Assembly: GCA_002269645.1 (NCBI GenBank)
Contig: NIVC01001731.1
Coordinates: 1 to 64,000, forward strand
From: Macrostomum lignano
Taxonomy: Eukaryota
Length of the DNA: 64,000 nt
Direction: 5' to 3'
The translations under genes were made by a program, and so were the position numbers. Positions within the stretch are counted from its first letter, which is position 1, and every line of letters begins with the position of its first letter. Positions 22,745-33,370 of the stretch are shown piece by piece. The notes below the pieces were generated by a model, which did not search any database, was not told the DNA's origin, and worked only from the letters and a program-made list of their open reading frames with translations.

Positions 22745-25588
22745 TTAATACCTGACTGCCTGTGAAATACGTTCGCTGTTCGTGATGCCGGCGACAGTCA
22801 GTATGAACGCTACGATCAGAATGACACCACCGACAGTTGCTAAGGCAATGATGAGGGTCTGCTGATTCGGCTCCGCAGGTTTCTCTGCTGTCTCGCAAAG
22901 TCGTCCGCTGAATCCATCGGGACACTGGCATCTGTAGCTGCCAAATTCGTTCACGCAGGTGCTGCCGCTCGCGCAGTCGGACTTGCCCTCGCACTCGTCT
23001 ACATCGATCTCGCATCGGCTGCCTGTTAATCCCACGGCACAGATGCAGTTGAATCCGCCGAAGGTGTTCAGGCAGGTGCCGCCGATGCCGCAAGGTGAGG
23101 CCGATATCTCGCACTCGTCAGCGTCTGCCTCGCAGCGACTGCCGACAAAGTTTCCTGGACAGAGACAACTGAACCCGCCGAATGTGTTTTGACAAGTGCC
23201 TCCGTTCAGACACAGCGAAGTCCCATTCTCACACTCATTCACATCTGCCTCACAACCGGCGCCTGTGAAGTTTGGCGGACAACTGCAGTTGAATGCACCG
23301 AATGTGTTCAGACAGGTGCCTCCATTATGACACGGGGAAGTGCCTGAATCACACTCGTTCACGTCCCAGCCGCAGAGGCTTCCAGTAAAGCCCGAAGGAC
23401 AGTTGCAGTTGAATCCGCCAAAGGTGTTAATACAGGTACCTCCGTTCAGACAGAGTGAAGTTCCTGTGTCGCACTCGTCCACGTCAGTCTCACAAAGACT
23501 GCCATTAAAGTTTGGGGACAACTGCAGTTGAATGCACCGAATTTGTTTAGACAGGTGCCTCCATTCTGACACGGGAAAGTGCCTGAATCACACTCGTTCA
23601 CGTCCGAGCCGCAGAGGCTGCCAGTAAAACCCGAAGGACAGTTGCAGTTGAATCCGCCAAAGGTGTTAATACACGTACCTCCGTTCAGACAGAGTGAGGT
23701 TCCTGTGTCGCACTCGTTCACGTCAGTCTCACAAAGACTGCCATTAAAGTTCGGCGGGCAGCTGCAGTTGAATCCGCCAAAAGTGTTGATGCAGGTGCCA
23801 TTGTTCTGGCACGGTGGAATGTCTAGAGCGCATTCGTTCAGATCCTCACAACGACTGCCAGTAGAGTTTTCCGGGCAGACACAATCGAATCCTCCATAGG
23901 TGTTTAGGCACGTTCCTCCATTCGAGCAGGTCGGCAGATCAAGTTCGCATTCGTTGACATCCGTCTCGCAGCGGCTTCCGTTGAAGTTTGGCGTGCAGGT
24001 GCAGTTGGCAATGTCGCCGACATTGGAACAGGTGCCTCCGTTGTAACACGGGCTTTCGAGACACGGAATCAGTCGGGTGCAGTTGGTGCCCATCCAGTCT
24101 GTAAACGTATTAAAAGTAAAAATGCAAACATTTCAGCAGCAGTCAACAAACTAAAAGACACATATTAGTAGTGACCTCGAAGCTCACCTGACATGCAAAC
24201 TTTGTTGCCATTAGAATCGCAGGTATAGTGGCCTGTAGAGTCATTGTGAGGCTTGCAAAATGTGTTGCAGTCCAGTCCGTAGTAATGGCTGTGGCAGGTG
24301 TACCAATAGGTAATTGATAGCCTGTGGTGCCTCGGAGAACTGTAGATGTCCATGTTTCTCCTTACTGAGTCAGCCCGAGCCGGTAGACTTGCGTAGAAAT
24401 GGTCCATATGGTCGTCGTAAAATTCGTCTTTGTCCATCGCGACAACCGTTATTTGTATGCTGCCCTGTTAATGTTAGAAATGTTGAGATGTGGCGTTCTG
24501 GTCACAGATATATTGTACTGTAGGTAGCTATACAAACTAAAAGTACTAAGATTGCATACCGGATTCCAGTAGGGCATGTCTATAACGACTGGATTGGCAA
24601 TTTCACCGAACCTGCCGCCGAAGTTGACAATGTCCGAATCCCCATAGTATCCAGCTTGACCGTAGTTAAATAGATTGTTCCTGTGGGCAGGAATTTCGAA
24701 TGGCAATCGTTAACTCAAGGTAAATTCAATAACTCTCCCGCCAAAACTACTAAGTAGAATTAGACTAGTAATCTTAGCCCCCCACAAGGGTAGACAACGG
24801 AAGAAGTAGTAAGATTAAAAACTCTTAGAGATTGATCTCTAATCCTTGGCAGCTCAGAATTCCCCCTTGAGCCAGTGAAATCCTAATAAATTCTTCACGG
24901 AAATCCCTAGGGAATGCCTTAGGAATGCCTTGGGAATCTCAGCATTCTACATTTATCGATGGCATTTCAGCAATTCCAGCGTAGTCTTAGCAACCCCCCC
25001 AAAAATGAGCTATATAATCTCAGCAAAATATCGAGGCACAGCTAAATTTTTTCAATCCACAATTATTAAACAAAGCATCCCATATTATTTAATCTACAGT
25101 GCTTGTTGGTTTAGTTGCCAAAAACAAATTCAAACAGGGTCTTTTTAACATTACACCGATGGATGGATGGTTAGCATGTCTGTCGGATTGCTGTAGGGAG
25201 CGAAAGCACAAGCAGAACTTATTAATCTACCGTGAACATCTCTTTCTAAAGGCCCTCGTCAGCAGCAATAATTTACCCTCCGGCGTTGGTCCTGTCAGCA
25301 AAGAGTTGGAATTTCGGATCGCAGGCTGACTCTCTCCAGGAAAAGAACGTGTCGCAGTACGTCCCGTCCGAGGCTCTGCTGTCATGATTATAGTAGGTGT
25401 GGAATTGTACATGCATGGACCCAGTACCGCCGACCTGTAGCAGATTGCGATTAAGGAACCATTGTAATCAAAGTTTGCCATTGCCACACCTAGTACGTTT
25501 GCAAAAGGATTTGCGAGTAACTTACGGTTCCACACAAAAGAACGATTAAAAAAGCGACCGTCGATGAGATTGAATTTAAACGGCACAT
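22745..25588 (-). CDS. Delta-like protein 5 of cluster (divergent): signal peptide, C2/MNNL-like, DSL, 10 EGF, TM; -1 frameshift in EGF5
   Basis: Exons 25588-25526 ([21 protein letters not shown]), 25434-25277, 24680-24560, 24464-24188, 24098-22752. DSL: [43 protein letters not shown]. One C is missing from a C-run near 23515. Tail exons probably lie at about 22400-22670 but were not resolved. Confidence 0.8.
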
Positions 25589-26510
25589 TTCGTTAAACTT
25601 GAGGAATTTTTTTCAAACAGAGCCTTACGAGCCTTACTGTTTTATAGCCAATACTAGGACACATACACTGGTACCTTTGTGTGCTTGTAGGGGGTCCACT
25701 TTAGCTCAGGTGCTATCTAGTGTATATTTTTAAGAAACTTGTTTATCTACAAAATCTATTTATTTGGACTTTACCATCAACGAGTAGATGCAGTAAATCT
25801 ATTTATGGATATGCAGCATCAACTATATCAGCTTAACTGGACACTTTTTGAACAAAGTTTGAACAAGAAAAGAAAAAACATCCTTGTGCCTTGCGTTTTT
25901 ATTGCACAGAGATGCGTTTTTATTGTCGATTGCATATATAGAATAAATTGACTGTTACCTAGTGCAAACTGTGCACCAGCTGACTTGTGCAACATTCTGT
26001 AAACATTGAATACAATTAAAAAGGTACCTGTGCATCTGAACGCACGCGAAGGTGTATTCAGCACGCCAGTGAAGTATGAGACAGACCAGGCCTATGGGCT
26101 ACGGTCTGCGATGCTTCACGCCTGCCCCTATCTTCAGCCGGTCAAGGCTGGAGAGGGAGGTCTGCACCCGCTATTTGCCGCTGGCAGCCGCAGACCCCCC
26201 CTCACGCTGTTTCACAAGTCGACCCAGGGTACTCGTCCCCGCGTGTGTTCAAGGCAGACCCTAGGGCTGCTGGACAGACTGGGCTCCGACGCTGGCGACC
26301 CATCCAGTGGCTTCGGCCAAATTTGGGTATGCGGGTCTGGCTTGCCAGCCTGCAGGCCGTGGTACTGCTTAACGTACCCCCTTATGCCTAAGGTGTTTGA
26401 CCGTGCCGATGGGCTGGAAGGCCGGGGGGTTGTCCGGTCGCTAGCGGTCCTTTTCTTTTTCTTCTTTCCTCTTTTTTTGTGACTCAGCTCACTCCTTCCC
26501 GCTTTCAGCT

Positions 26511-27977
26511 ATGGCGTCATCCGCCTCTTTCAACCCCGCTGAAGCCGGGGCCCCGGCAACTCCGGCCGGTGACTCTGGCACCAGCGCCGCCCCACCGGGG
26601 GCAGATGGGCTTGCCGCCGGCTCGGCCGGTGACATGCCCGCACGCGCAACCGGGCCCTCCGCTGAAGCCCGACGCACCCGCAACCAACGCCGCAACGAGC
26701 GGCGACGGCGACTACGGGGTACTGCGGGCCGGCCACCGGCGGAGGGGGAACCTAGGGAGGGCGAGGCTGCTGTTGGGCCGAAAGGAACCACAGCAACCCC
26801 TGCCCCCCAGGATACAACCCCCGCTGGTGAGCCACCCAGTATATCTGCTACAAGCGCGGCCGGGCCTTCGGGAACCGCCGCCACCAACTACGCCTCAAAG
26901 GTCAAGCTCCAACCGGCGGTCATCGTCTTCGGGGAAGAGCAGGACCTCACGGCCGACGAGCTCGACAGTGCCTGGCGCACCATCGATGCTGCGCTCATCG
27001 ACCAGCTCCTGGCGGGCCGCCCTGTGAGCGTGGTCAAGTCTGCCAAGACCGACGGCTGCATCTTCATCTGGTGCAGCTCGGAGGAGAGCAGCCGCAATCT
27101 ACGCGAGCTTCTGCCAAAGCTGAACTGGCCCAAGAAGCTCGGCAAGCTCGTCTTCGCCAGCGAGGGCGAACGACAGAAGACCCAGCGCTTTCGCGTCTGG
27201 ATCCCGGCCGGCAGTGCCATTAAGTCCGGAGATCAGCTTAGGCAAATATTGCTAAAGCTGCACCCCGACCTTGAGGTCAACGGGCTCCTACACCACGCCA
27301 CTTCCCGCAAGGAGAAGGGGGCTACGGTGATCCTAGGGCTCTCTGATGACTGGGCTAAGCGCTTGCCGCCTAAGTCCACAATTCATATTGGTCTGACTCA
27401 GCTGACCATCCTCCGTTGCGAGGAGCGGAAAGCTGATGAAGCCAAGAATGCCAAAGCTTCCGAAACCGGAACTGGGGCCCAGGCTCCTCCGGCAAAGAAG
27501 CCGAGGCAAACGGCCGATCCTATGCCCGGTAAGGCAGTTCGCGCTGCTGAAACCGGAAATCGCAATCGCAGACCCGCCAGGAGCACCCGGAGGTCCGGCC
27601 TGATCCAGCGCGCGCTGGACCAGGCCAAGAACCTTCGTGCGCATCGTGAGCGGGCCCGCGCTTCTCGCGCTCCACCCCAACAGCCAGAAGGCCAGACTCT
27701 AAGCGGGGAGGCTCCGACCGACTGGTTCGAGTCTGTGACTCACCAGGAGGCTGGCGCCACCCGCATCGACCTGACCGACGAGGCAGAGGGGACGGGCAGT
27801 GACAGCACCGAAGCACGCAGGGGAGGCGACGGTAACGTCCACGCTGGGCTCACGTCCGCGGAGGACTCCACAGCCACCCTAACTGCTGAGGACGCTGAAA
27901 CTCCCATGGAGGTCTGCGGGTCACCCACCACTGAAAAGGAGGAGGATGACCTGCTCAACGATTCCCCAACTGCGTGA
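26511..27977 (+). CDS. Retrotransposon ORF1 (gag-like, 488 aa)
   Basis: Uninterrupted ORF directly upstream of ORF2; basic low-complexity ends around a globular core reminiscent of LOA-type ORF1 (DUF4780-like, not verified). Confidence 0.8.
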   Translation: MASSASFNPAEAGAPATPAGDSGTSAAPPGADGLAAGSAGDMPARATGPSAEARRTRNQRRNERRRRLRGTAGRPPAEGEPREGEAAVGPKGTTATPAPQDTTPAGEPPSISATSAAGPSGTAATNYASKVKLQPAVIVFGEEQDLTADELDSAWRTIDAALIDQLLAGRPVSVVKSAKTDGCIFIWCSSEESSRNLRELLPKLNWPKKLGKLVFASEGERQKTQRFRVWIPAGSAIKSGDQLRQILLKLHPDLEVNGLLHHATSRKEKGATVILGLSDDWAKRLPPKSTIHIGLTQLTILRCEERKADEAKNAKASETGTGAQAPPAKKPRQTADPMPGKAVRAAETGNRNRRPARSTRRSGLIQRALDQAKNLRAHRERARASRAPPQQPEGQTLSGEAPTDWFESVTHQEAGATRIDLTDEAEGTGSDSTEARRGGDGNVHAGLTSAEDSTATLTAEDAETPMEVCGSPTTEKEEDDLLNDSPTA

Positions 27978-27979
27978 TA

Positions 27980-30900
27980 ATGATCAGCGACCAAGGAATC
28001 CATTGCCTGCAGATTAATCTGCAGCACTGCGTCGCAGCCTCGGTCAACCTTATGCGTTACGCCGAGCTCGACAAGCCGGGGCTCATCCTCGTCCAGGAAC
28101 CCTGGACTCTCAGAGGTAAGCCTCAGAACGCCCCTGCTGGCTACAATTGTTTTTATACTTACCCTCGCGAGGCCAACCAGCCTCCCAGAGCTTGCATCTT
28201 TGCGAGCAAAACGCTCAGTGCGTGGCTCAGATCGGACCTGTCCAACAGGGACATCTGCGTCATCCAATCCGAGGACCTTCTTCCTGGGAAGACCACCCTC
28301 ATTGCCTCGGTTTACCTACCAGGCGATGCTGCGGTCGTCCCCAGAGCCCTCGCTACGCTGGTAGAGCTCTGCTCTGCCAAAAACTACGAGCTCATGGTTG
28401 CCGGCGACATCAACGCCCACCACACTCACTGGGGCAGCACTGGCATTAATCAGAGAGGCGAAGACCTCCTAGCCTACGTTGCCTCTACGACCCTCGAGTT
28501 CTGCAACTCTGGGTCCACCCCTACCTTTGACAACGGACGGTGGTCGGAGGTGATCGACGCTACGCTCGCAACGCCCAGACTCTACCAGAGTATTGGAGCG
28601 TGGCGGGTGCTTCCAGTGTCCTCACTCTCGGATCACAAGTTCATCTCCTTCAACCTAATGGCCGCGCGTAGCGCAACTCGTGTTACGTGGAGACGGAACG
28701 CCAGAAATACGGATTGGGAAACCTTCGGGCTCGCCCTGAAGGAATTCCATCGGTCTCCTGGCCAACCATCCACGATCACGTCGTGCCGAGAGGCGGATGA
28801 GTGCGCGACTGTTTTGACAGAGACGCTAACCGCCGCCTTTGAGGCGTCCTGCCCTTTAAAAGCCTATAAAGGGAAAAAATCGGCGCCGTGGTGGAATCCC
28901 GAGCTCGGCAACCTCCGTCGCAGGGCTAAGAGACTCCACCGCAGAGCAACTAAAACTAAGAGCCCTGCAGACCAAACCGCCTATCATGAAGCAATTCATG
29001 AGTTTAAAAGGAAGGTTAGGAATGCAAAGGCTCAAAAATGGCGACAATACTGTGAGGAGCTAGAGGGCTCACGCCCCACCTCCAGAGTTGTGAAAGCGCT
29101 CACGCTGGACAAAATGTCTAAGCTCTCCTCGGTCAAACGCACCGACGGTACGTCCACGGACAACCCAGGGGAAACGCTTGATGTAATGCTCACTGCGTTT
29201 TTCCCCAACGAGCCAGCTAACCAGACCACTCCGGATCACTCGGAGGGAGGTCACGCGCTGGCTGCCTCTATCATCACGGAGGACCGCATTGTGAGAGCGG
29301 CAAATTCCTTCAAGCCTTTCAAAGCCCCAGGACCCGACGGCATTGTACCGGCCCTTCTAAGAGAGGCGGTTAAATGCCCAGGCTTCCTGCGCAAACTTTG
29401 CAGCCTTCTTCGGGCATGCATCACGCTTGGTTATGTCCCACAGGCTTGGACCGAGGCAAAGGTGATCTTTATCCCTAAGCCAGGCCGCTCGGACTACCAT
29501 TCTATCAAATCCTTCAGACCGATCAGCTTGACCTCCTCCCTGGTCAAGCTGATGGAGAGACTGGTGCTTTGGCGCCTTCTCTCTGTTGAGCTGAAGAACA
29601 AACCTCTCAGCGAGAACCAGCACGCTTTTCGGGCGGGTCGCTCCACTGAAAGCGCGCTGCACGTCCTGGTCGATAAACTCGAGAAGGCCGTGCTTGGTAA
29701 TGGCTTTGCTCTGGGGATCTTCCTGGATATCATTGGCGCCTTCGATAACGTCCTCTTTGAGGCGTTCCGAAGAGCTCTTTGTGAGAGGCAAACGCACTCA
29801 CATCTCACCAGATGGATCATGTACATGATCAGCCATCGCACGGCCACCGCCAGTCTGCTGGGCTACCAGAGGACGGTCCCCGTCTGCAAAGGTAGCCCGC
29901 AAGGTGGGGTGCTGTCTCCAGTTCTCTGGAATATGGTCATCGATGAGCTCCTCCGGGATGTTCGGCCTGACCCCATTCTGAAAGTTGGATATGCGGACGA
30001 TGTCACCGCGGTGGCATCTGGTCCGTCCCCTGATACCCTCAGGGACCTTCTTCAGAACTTCATCTACGCTGCTGAGCAATGGGCGGACCGCTGTGGCTTA
30101 AGGCTCTCTGAGACTAAGACCGCAGCGATCATGTTCACCAGCAGGACCAAGTGGCAGATTCGGCCGCTCACGCTTTACGGAAGGGAAATCCCCTTCTGCA
30201 AGCAGACTAAATGTCTGGGTATTACCCTGGACCACAGGCTGAACTGGTCACCCCACGTTCAAACAAAAGCCAAAAAGGCCTTCGCAGTCCTCGCGCAATT
30301 GCGCAGGGCTGTCGGCACCACCTGGGGGCTCACCCCCAAGCGCCTCTGGTGGATCTACACTGCAATGGTTAGGCCCGCTATCTCGTATGGCGGCCTGATC
30401 TGGGCTAGCGCCCTGCAGATAAAGACCTGTCTAGAGGCTCTCAGGAGAGCGCAAGGGCGCGCTTGTCGCACGATCATGAGCGCCCCTCCGTCTGCTCCCT
30501 ACGATGGCCTCAACGCCTTCCTCAACATTCCTCCGCTGGACATCTTTGTCCGCAGGGAAGCGGCTAAGACTGCCCGCCGTCTAGCTGACGCTGGCATTCG
30601 AATCCAGCCCCATAGGGCCATGGCTAAGCGCAAGCTTCTGCCCCACGCTGACCTCTGCCTCAAGGACTTGAGAGACAGCGGCGGGCTCCACGTCCTATCT
30701 GACGGCGAACCCCGCACTCTCAACCTCTTTCAGCGCTACAAGGTCACCATCCCCTCTAGGGATGCTGCCAATGACCACTGGAATTTCCAGGAGGTCCATT
30801 GCTACACGGACGGATCCATCAAAGACGGTCGCGCCGGCTTTGGGGTCTGCATCATCATCAACGGCCGCGTAATTGCCACGCATGCCCAGCACACTGGTAG

Positions 30901-31684
30901 ACTCTCCACAGTCTTCCAGAACGAAGTCCTTGCCATCAGCTCTTGCGCTGCAGAGCTGAACGCCAAGGTTACGAGAGGAAAGACTATTGTCATCCACTCT
31001 GACAGCCAAGCGGCCTTACAGGCCCTTTGCCACACCACAACGAACTCCCGGACAGTCGCCGACTGCGCCCGGCAGCTCAACCTCCTGGCCAGAAGCAATA
31101 CTGTCAGGCTGAAGTGGATCCCAGGGCACGCAGGGTTTCCGGGGAACGAGCTGGCAGACACCCTCGCCAAGAGGGGCGGCTCTGGCTCTTTCTTCGGCCC
31201 TGCCCCCCTGGTCCCTATGCCCTTGACAGTCATCAATCGTCAGATCGACGACTGGGCTGACTCCCTCCACAGGGACAGATGGGCGGGCACCCAAAACTGC
31301 CGGCAGTCTCGTGCCGCGGTTCCTTGCCCGTCTCACAGGCTCAGAAACATCCTTCTGAACCAGAATCGGAAGGATATTCGAGCCCTTGTCATGACCCTTA
31401 CCGGCCATGGCTACCTCGCCAGGCACTGCTTCCTCCGAGGCGACCTCGAGAGCGAAATTTGCCCCTTTTGCGAGTGCGACAAAGAAGATGCTCAGCACTT
31501 TGTCTGTCACTGCCCTTTCTTTAACAGAGACCGGCTACGCTACCTCGGGCCGAACCCGTCCATTGACGAGGTCTGCCAGCCCGACAGCATCCCACGGCTC
31601 ATCCAGTTCCTTCGGGCGACTAGACGAGCCAGTTTCTTCCCAACGGAAGATCACGCTGCAGGACGGACCGGCGGACCACCCTGA
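27980..31684 (+). CDS. Retrotransposon ORF2: APE endonuclease, reverse transcriptase, RNase H, C-terminal Cys/His motif
   Basis: APE motifs QINLQH, LVQEPW, GDINAHH, SDH; RT motifs KAPGPDG, FRPISL, QHAFR, LDIIGAFD, PQGGVLSP, YADD; RNase H YTDGS, NEVLAI, HSDSQAAL, WIPGHAGFPGNELAD; CPFCECDKEDAQHFVCHC. Confidence 0.95.
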   Translation: MISDQGIHCLQINLQHCVAASVNLMRYAELDKPGLILVQEPWTLRGKPQNAPAGYNCFYTYPREANQPPRACIFASKTLSAWLRSDLSNRDICVIQSEDLLPGKTTLIASVYLPGDAAVVPRALATLVELCSAKNYELMVAGDINAHHTHWGSTGINQRGEDLLAYVASTTLEFCNSGSTPTFDNGRWSEVIDATLATPRLYQSIGAWRVLPVSSLSDHKFISFNLMAARSATRVTWRRNARNTDWETFGLALKEFHRSPGQPSTITSCREADECATVLTETLTAAFEASCPLKAYKGKKSAPWWNPELGNLRRRAKRLHRRATKTKSPADQTAYHEAIHEFKRKVRNAKAQKWRQYCEELEGSRPTSRVVKALTLDKMSKLSSVKRTDGTSTDNPGETLDVMLTAFFPNEPANQTTPDHSEGGHALAASIITEDRIVRAANSFKPFKAPGPDGIVPALLREAVKCPGFLRKLCSLLRACITLGYVPQAWTEAKVIFIPKPGRSDYHSIKSFRPISLTSSLVKLMERLVLWRLLSVELKNKPLSENQHAFRAGRSTESALHVLVDKLEKAVLGNGFALGIFLDIIGAFDNVLFEAFRRALCERQTHSHLTRWIMYMISHRTATASLLGYQRTVPVCKGSPQGGVLSPVLWNMVIDELLRDVRPDPILKVGYADDVTAVASGPSPDTLRDLLQNFIYAAEQWADRCGLRLSETKTAAIMFTSRTKWQIRPLTLYGREIPFCKQTKCLGITLDHRLNWSPHVQTKAKKAFAVLAQLRRAVGTTWGLTPKRLWWIYTAMVRPAISYGGLIWASALQIKTCLEALRRAQGRACRTIMSAPPSAPYDGLNAFLNIPPLDIFVRREAAKTARRLADAGIRIQPHRAMAKRKLLPHADLCLKDLRDSGGLHVLSDGEPRTLNLFQRYKVTIPSRDAANDHWNFQEVHCYTDGSIKDGRAGFGVCIIINGRVIATHAQHTGRLSTVFQNEVLAISSCAAELNAKVTRGKTIVIHSDSQAALQALCHTTTNSRTVADCARQLNLLARSNTVRLKWIPGHAGFPGNELADTLAKRGGSGSFFGPAPLVPMPLTVINRQIDDWADSLHRDRWAGTQNCRQSRAAVPCPSHRLRNILLNQNRKDIRALVMTLTGHGYLARHCFLRGDLESEICPFCECDKEDAQHFVCHCPFFNRDRLRYLGPNPSIDEVCQPDSIPRLIQFLRATRRASFFPTEDHAAGRTGGPP

Positions 31685-31865
31685 CCGGCCCCACGCCTCT
31701 GCCTGTCTGCGGGCCTTCAGGGGCTAGCGGAATGGGCGACCCTCGCCTCCCCGCTGTGTCTACGGACCACCCTGCAGCTAAGTCAGTTAAGTCAAAGTGC
31801 ATCTGAACTTGTTTTCATGTAGCCGAGTCTGTAAAATTTTCCATCTTAGAAGATAAGAGATGCGC

Positions 31866-32481
31866 AATGAGAGATGTTCAGTGAGAGATGCTCAGTGAGA
31901 GATGCTCAGTGAGAGATGCTCAGTGAGAGATGCTCAGTGAGAGATGCTCAGTGAGAGATGCTTAGTGAGAGATGCTTAATGAGAGATGTTCAGTGAGAGA
32001 TGCTCAGTGAGAGATGCTCAGTGAGAGATGCTTAATGAGAGATGCTCAGTGAGAGATGCTCAGTGAGAGATGCTCAGTGAGAGATGCTTAGTGAGAGATG
32101 CTCAGTGAGAGATGCTCAGTGAGAGATGCTCAGTGAGAGATGCTCAGTGAGAGATGCTCAGTGAGAGATGCTTAATGAGAGATGCTCAGTGAGAGATGCT
32201 CAGTGAGAGATGCTCAGTGAGAGATGCTCAGTGAGAGATGCTTAGTGAGAGATGCTCAGTGAGAGATGCTTAATGAGAGATGCTCAGTGAGAGATGCTTA
32301 ATGAGAGATGCTCAGTGAGAGATGCTTAGTGAGAGATGCTCAGTGAGAGATGCTTAATGAGAGATGCTTAATGAGAGATGCTTAATGAGAGATGCTCAGT
32401 GAGAGATGCTTAATGAGAGATGCTCAGTGAGAGATGCTCAGTGAGAGATGCTCAGTGAGAGATGCTCAGTGAGAGATGTTC
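31866..32481. repeat. 14-bp minisatellite (GAGAGATGCTCAGT)n
   Basis: About 43 units with CTCAGT/CTTAAT/CTTAGT variants. Confidence 0.95.
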
Positions 32482-32599
32482 ATGCTTAACAGAAGAATCT
32501 TTCTTGGTTTTATAAGGGTCAGCAAACTCTTTTTATCTCGAGGACCAGAGAAAGAATCCTAGCTGCTCATTGACCCGGGGCAGATGAGAGTGGAAAGGA

Positions 32600-33370
32600 G
32601 CAGGAAAAGAAAATGAGAGATGAGAGAAGAGAGGAGACGTGGGAGATGGGAAGAGAGAAGACAAGTGAGAAGAGAATGAAGGAGAAAATGGAAGAAGAGA
32701 AAGAGGGGAGAGAGGAGAGAAGAAATAAGATAGTGGAGAGAGAAGAGGGGAGAAAAGAGAGGGAAGAGAGAAGAGAGGAGAGAAGAGGAGGAGAAGAGGG
32801 AGAGAAGAGGGGAGAAGACGGGAGAAAAGAGGGGGAGAAAAGGGAAGAGAAGGAGGAGGGAGAAGAGGGAAGAGAAGAGGAGAAGAGGGGAGAGAAGAGG
32901 GAGAGAAGAGGGGAGAAGAGGGGAGAGAGGGGGAGAAGAGGGAGAGAAGAGGGGAGAAGAGAGGGAGAAGAGGGGAGAGAAGGGGAGAAGAGGGAAGAGA
33001 AGAGGGGAGAAGAGGGGGGAGAAGAGGGGAGAGAAGAGGGGAGAGAAGAGGAGGAGAAGAGGGAAGAGAAGAGGGGAGAAGAGGGGGGAGAAGAGGGGAG
33101 AAGAGGGGAGAAGAGGAAGAGGGAAGAGAAGAGGGGGAGAAAAGGGAAGAGAAGAGGAGGAGACGAGGGGGAGAAAAGGGAAGAGAAGAGGGGAGAAGAG
33201 GGGAGAGAAGAGGGGAGAGAAGAGGGGAGAAGAGGGAAGAGAAGAGGGGGAGAAAAGGGGAGAGAAGAGGAGGAGAAGAGGGAGAGAAGAGGGGAGAGAA
33301 GAGGGGAGAGAAGAGGGGAGAGGAAAGAGGGATAGAAGAGAGGAGAGATGAGAAGAGAGAAGAGGGAAGA
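32600..33370. repeat. Polypurine low-complexity tract (GAGAAGAGGG-like)
   Basis: Almost only A and G; the ORFs 32559-33596 and 32613-33335 are spurious. Confidence 0.93.

Larger units (their letters stand above)
26042..31796 (+). mobile_element. Full-length non-LTR retrotransposon, LOA/R1-like (I group), with RNase H
   Basis: Perfect 12-bp TSD GTGCATCTGAAC at 26030-26041 and 31797-31808; two intact ORFs; 3' end TAAGTCAGTTAAGTCAAA. Confidence 0.93.

Noticed and set aside
25227-25586. 119-aa minus ORF that superficially suggested an integrase fragment
   Set aside because: It is an alternative frame over exons 1-2 of Delta-like gene 5.
26042-26400. HDV-like ribozyme in the LINE 5' UTR, as known for some LOA/R1/R2 elements
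   Set aside because: No consistent P1/P3/L3 pairing could be built by eye; needs an RNAMotif/Infernal search.
6454-31802. Antisense and alternative-frame ORFs over the EGF exons and the LINE
   Set aside because: Shadows of GC-rich coding sequence; their recurrence reflects the paralogous duplications.
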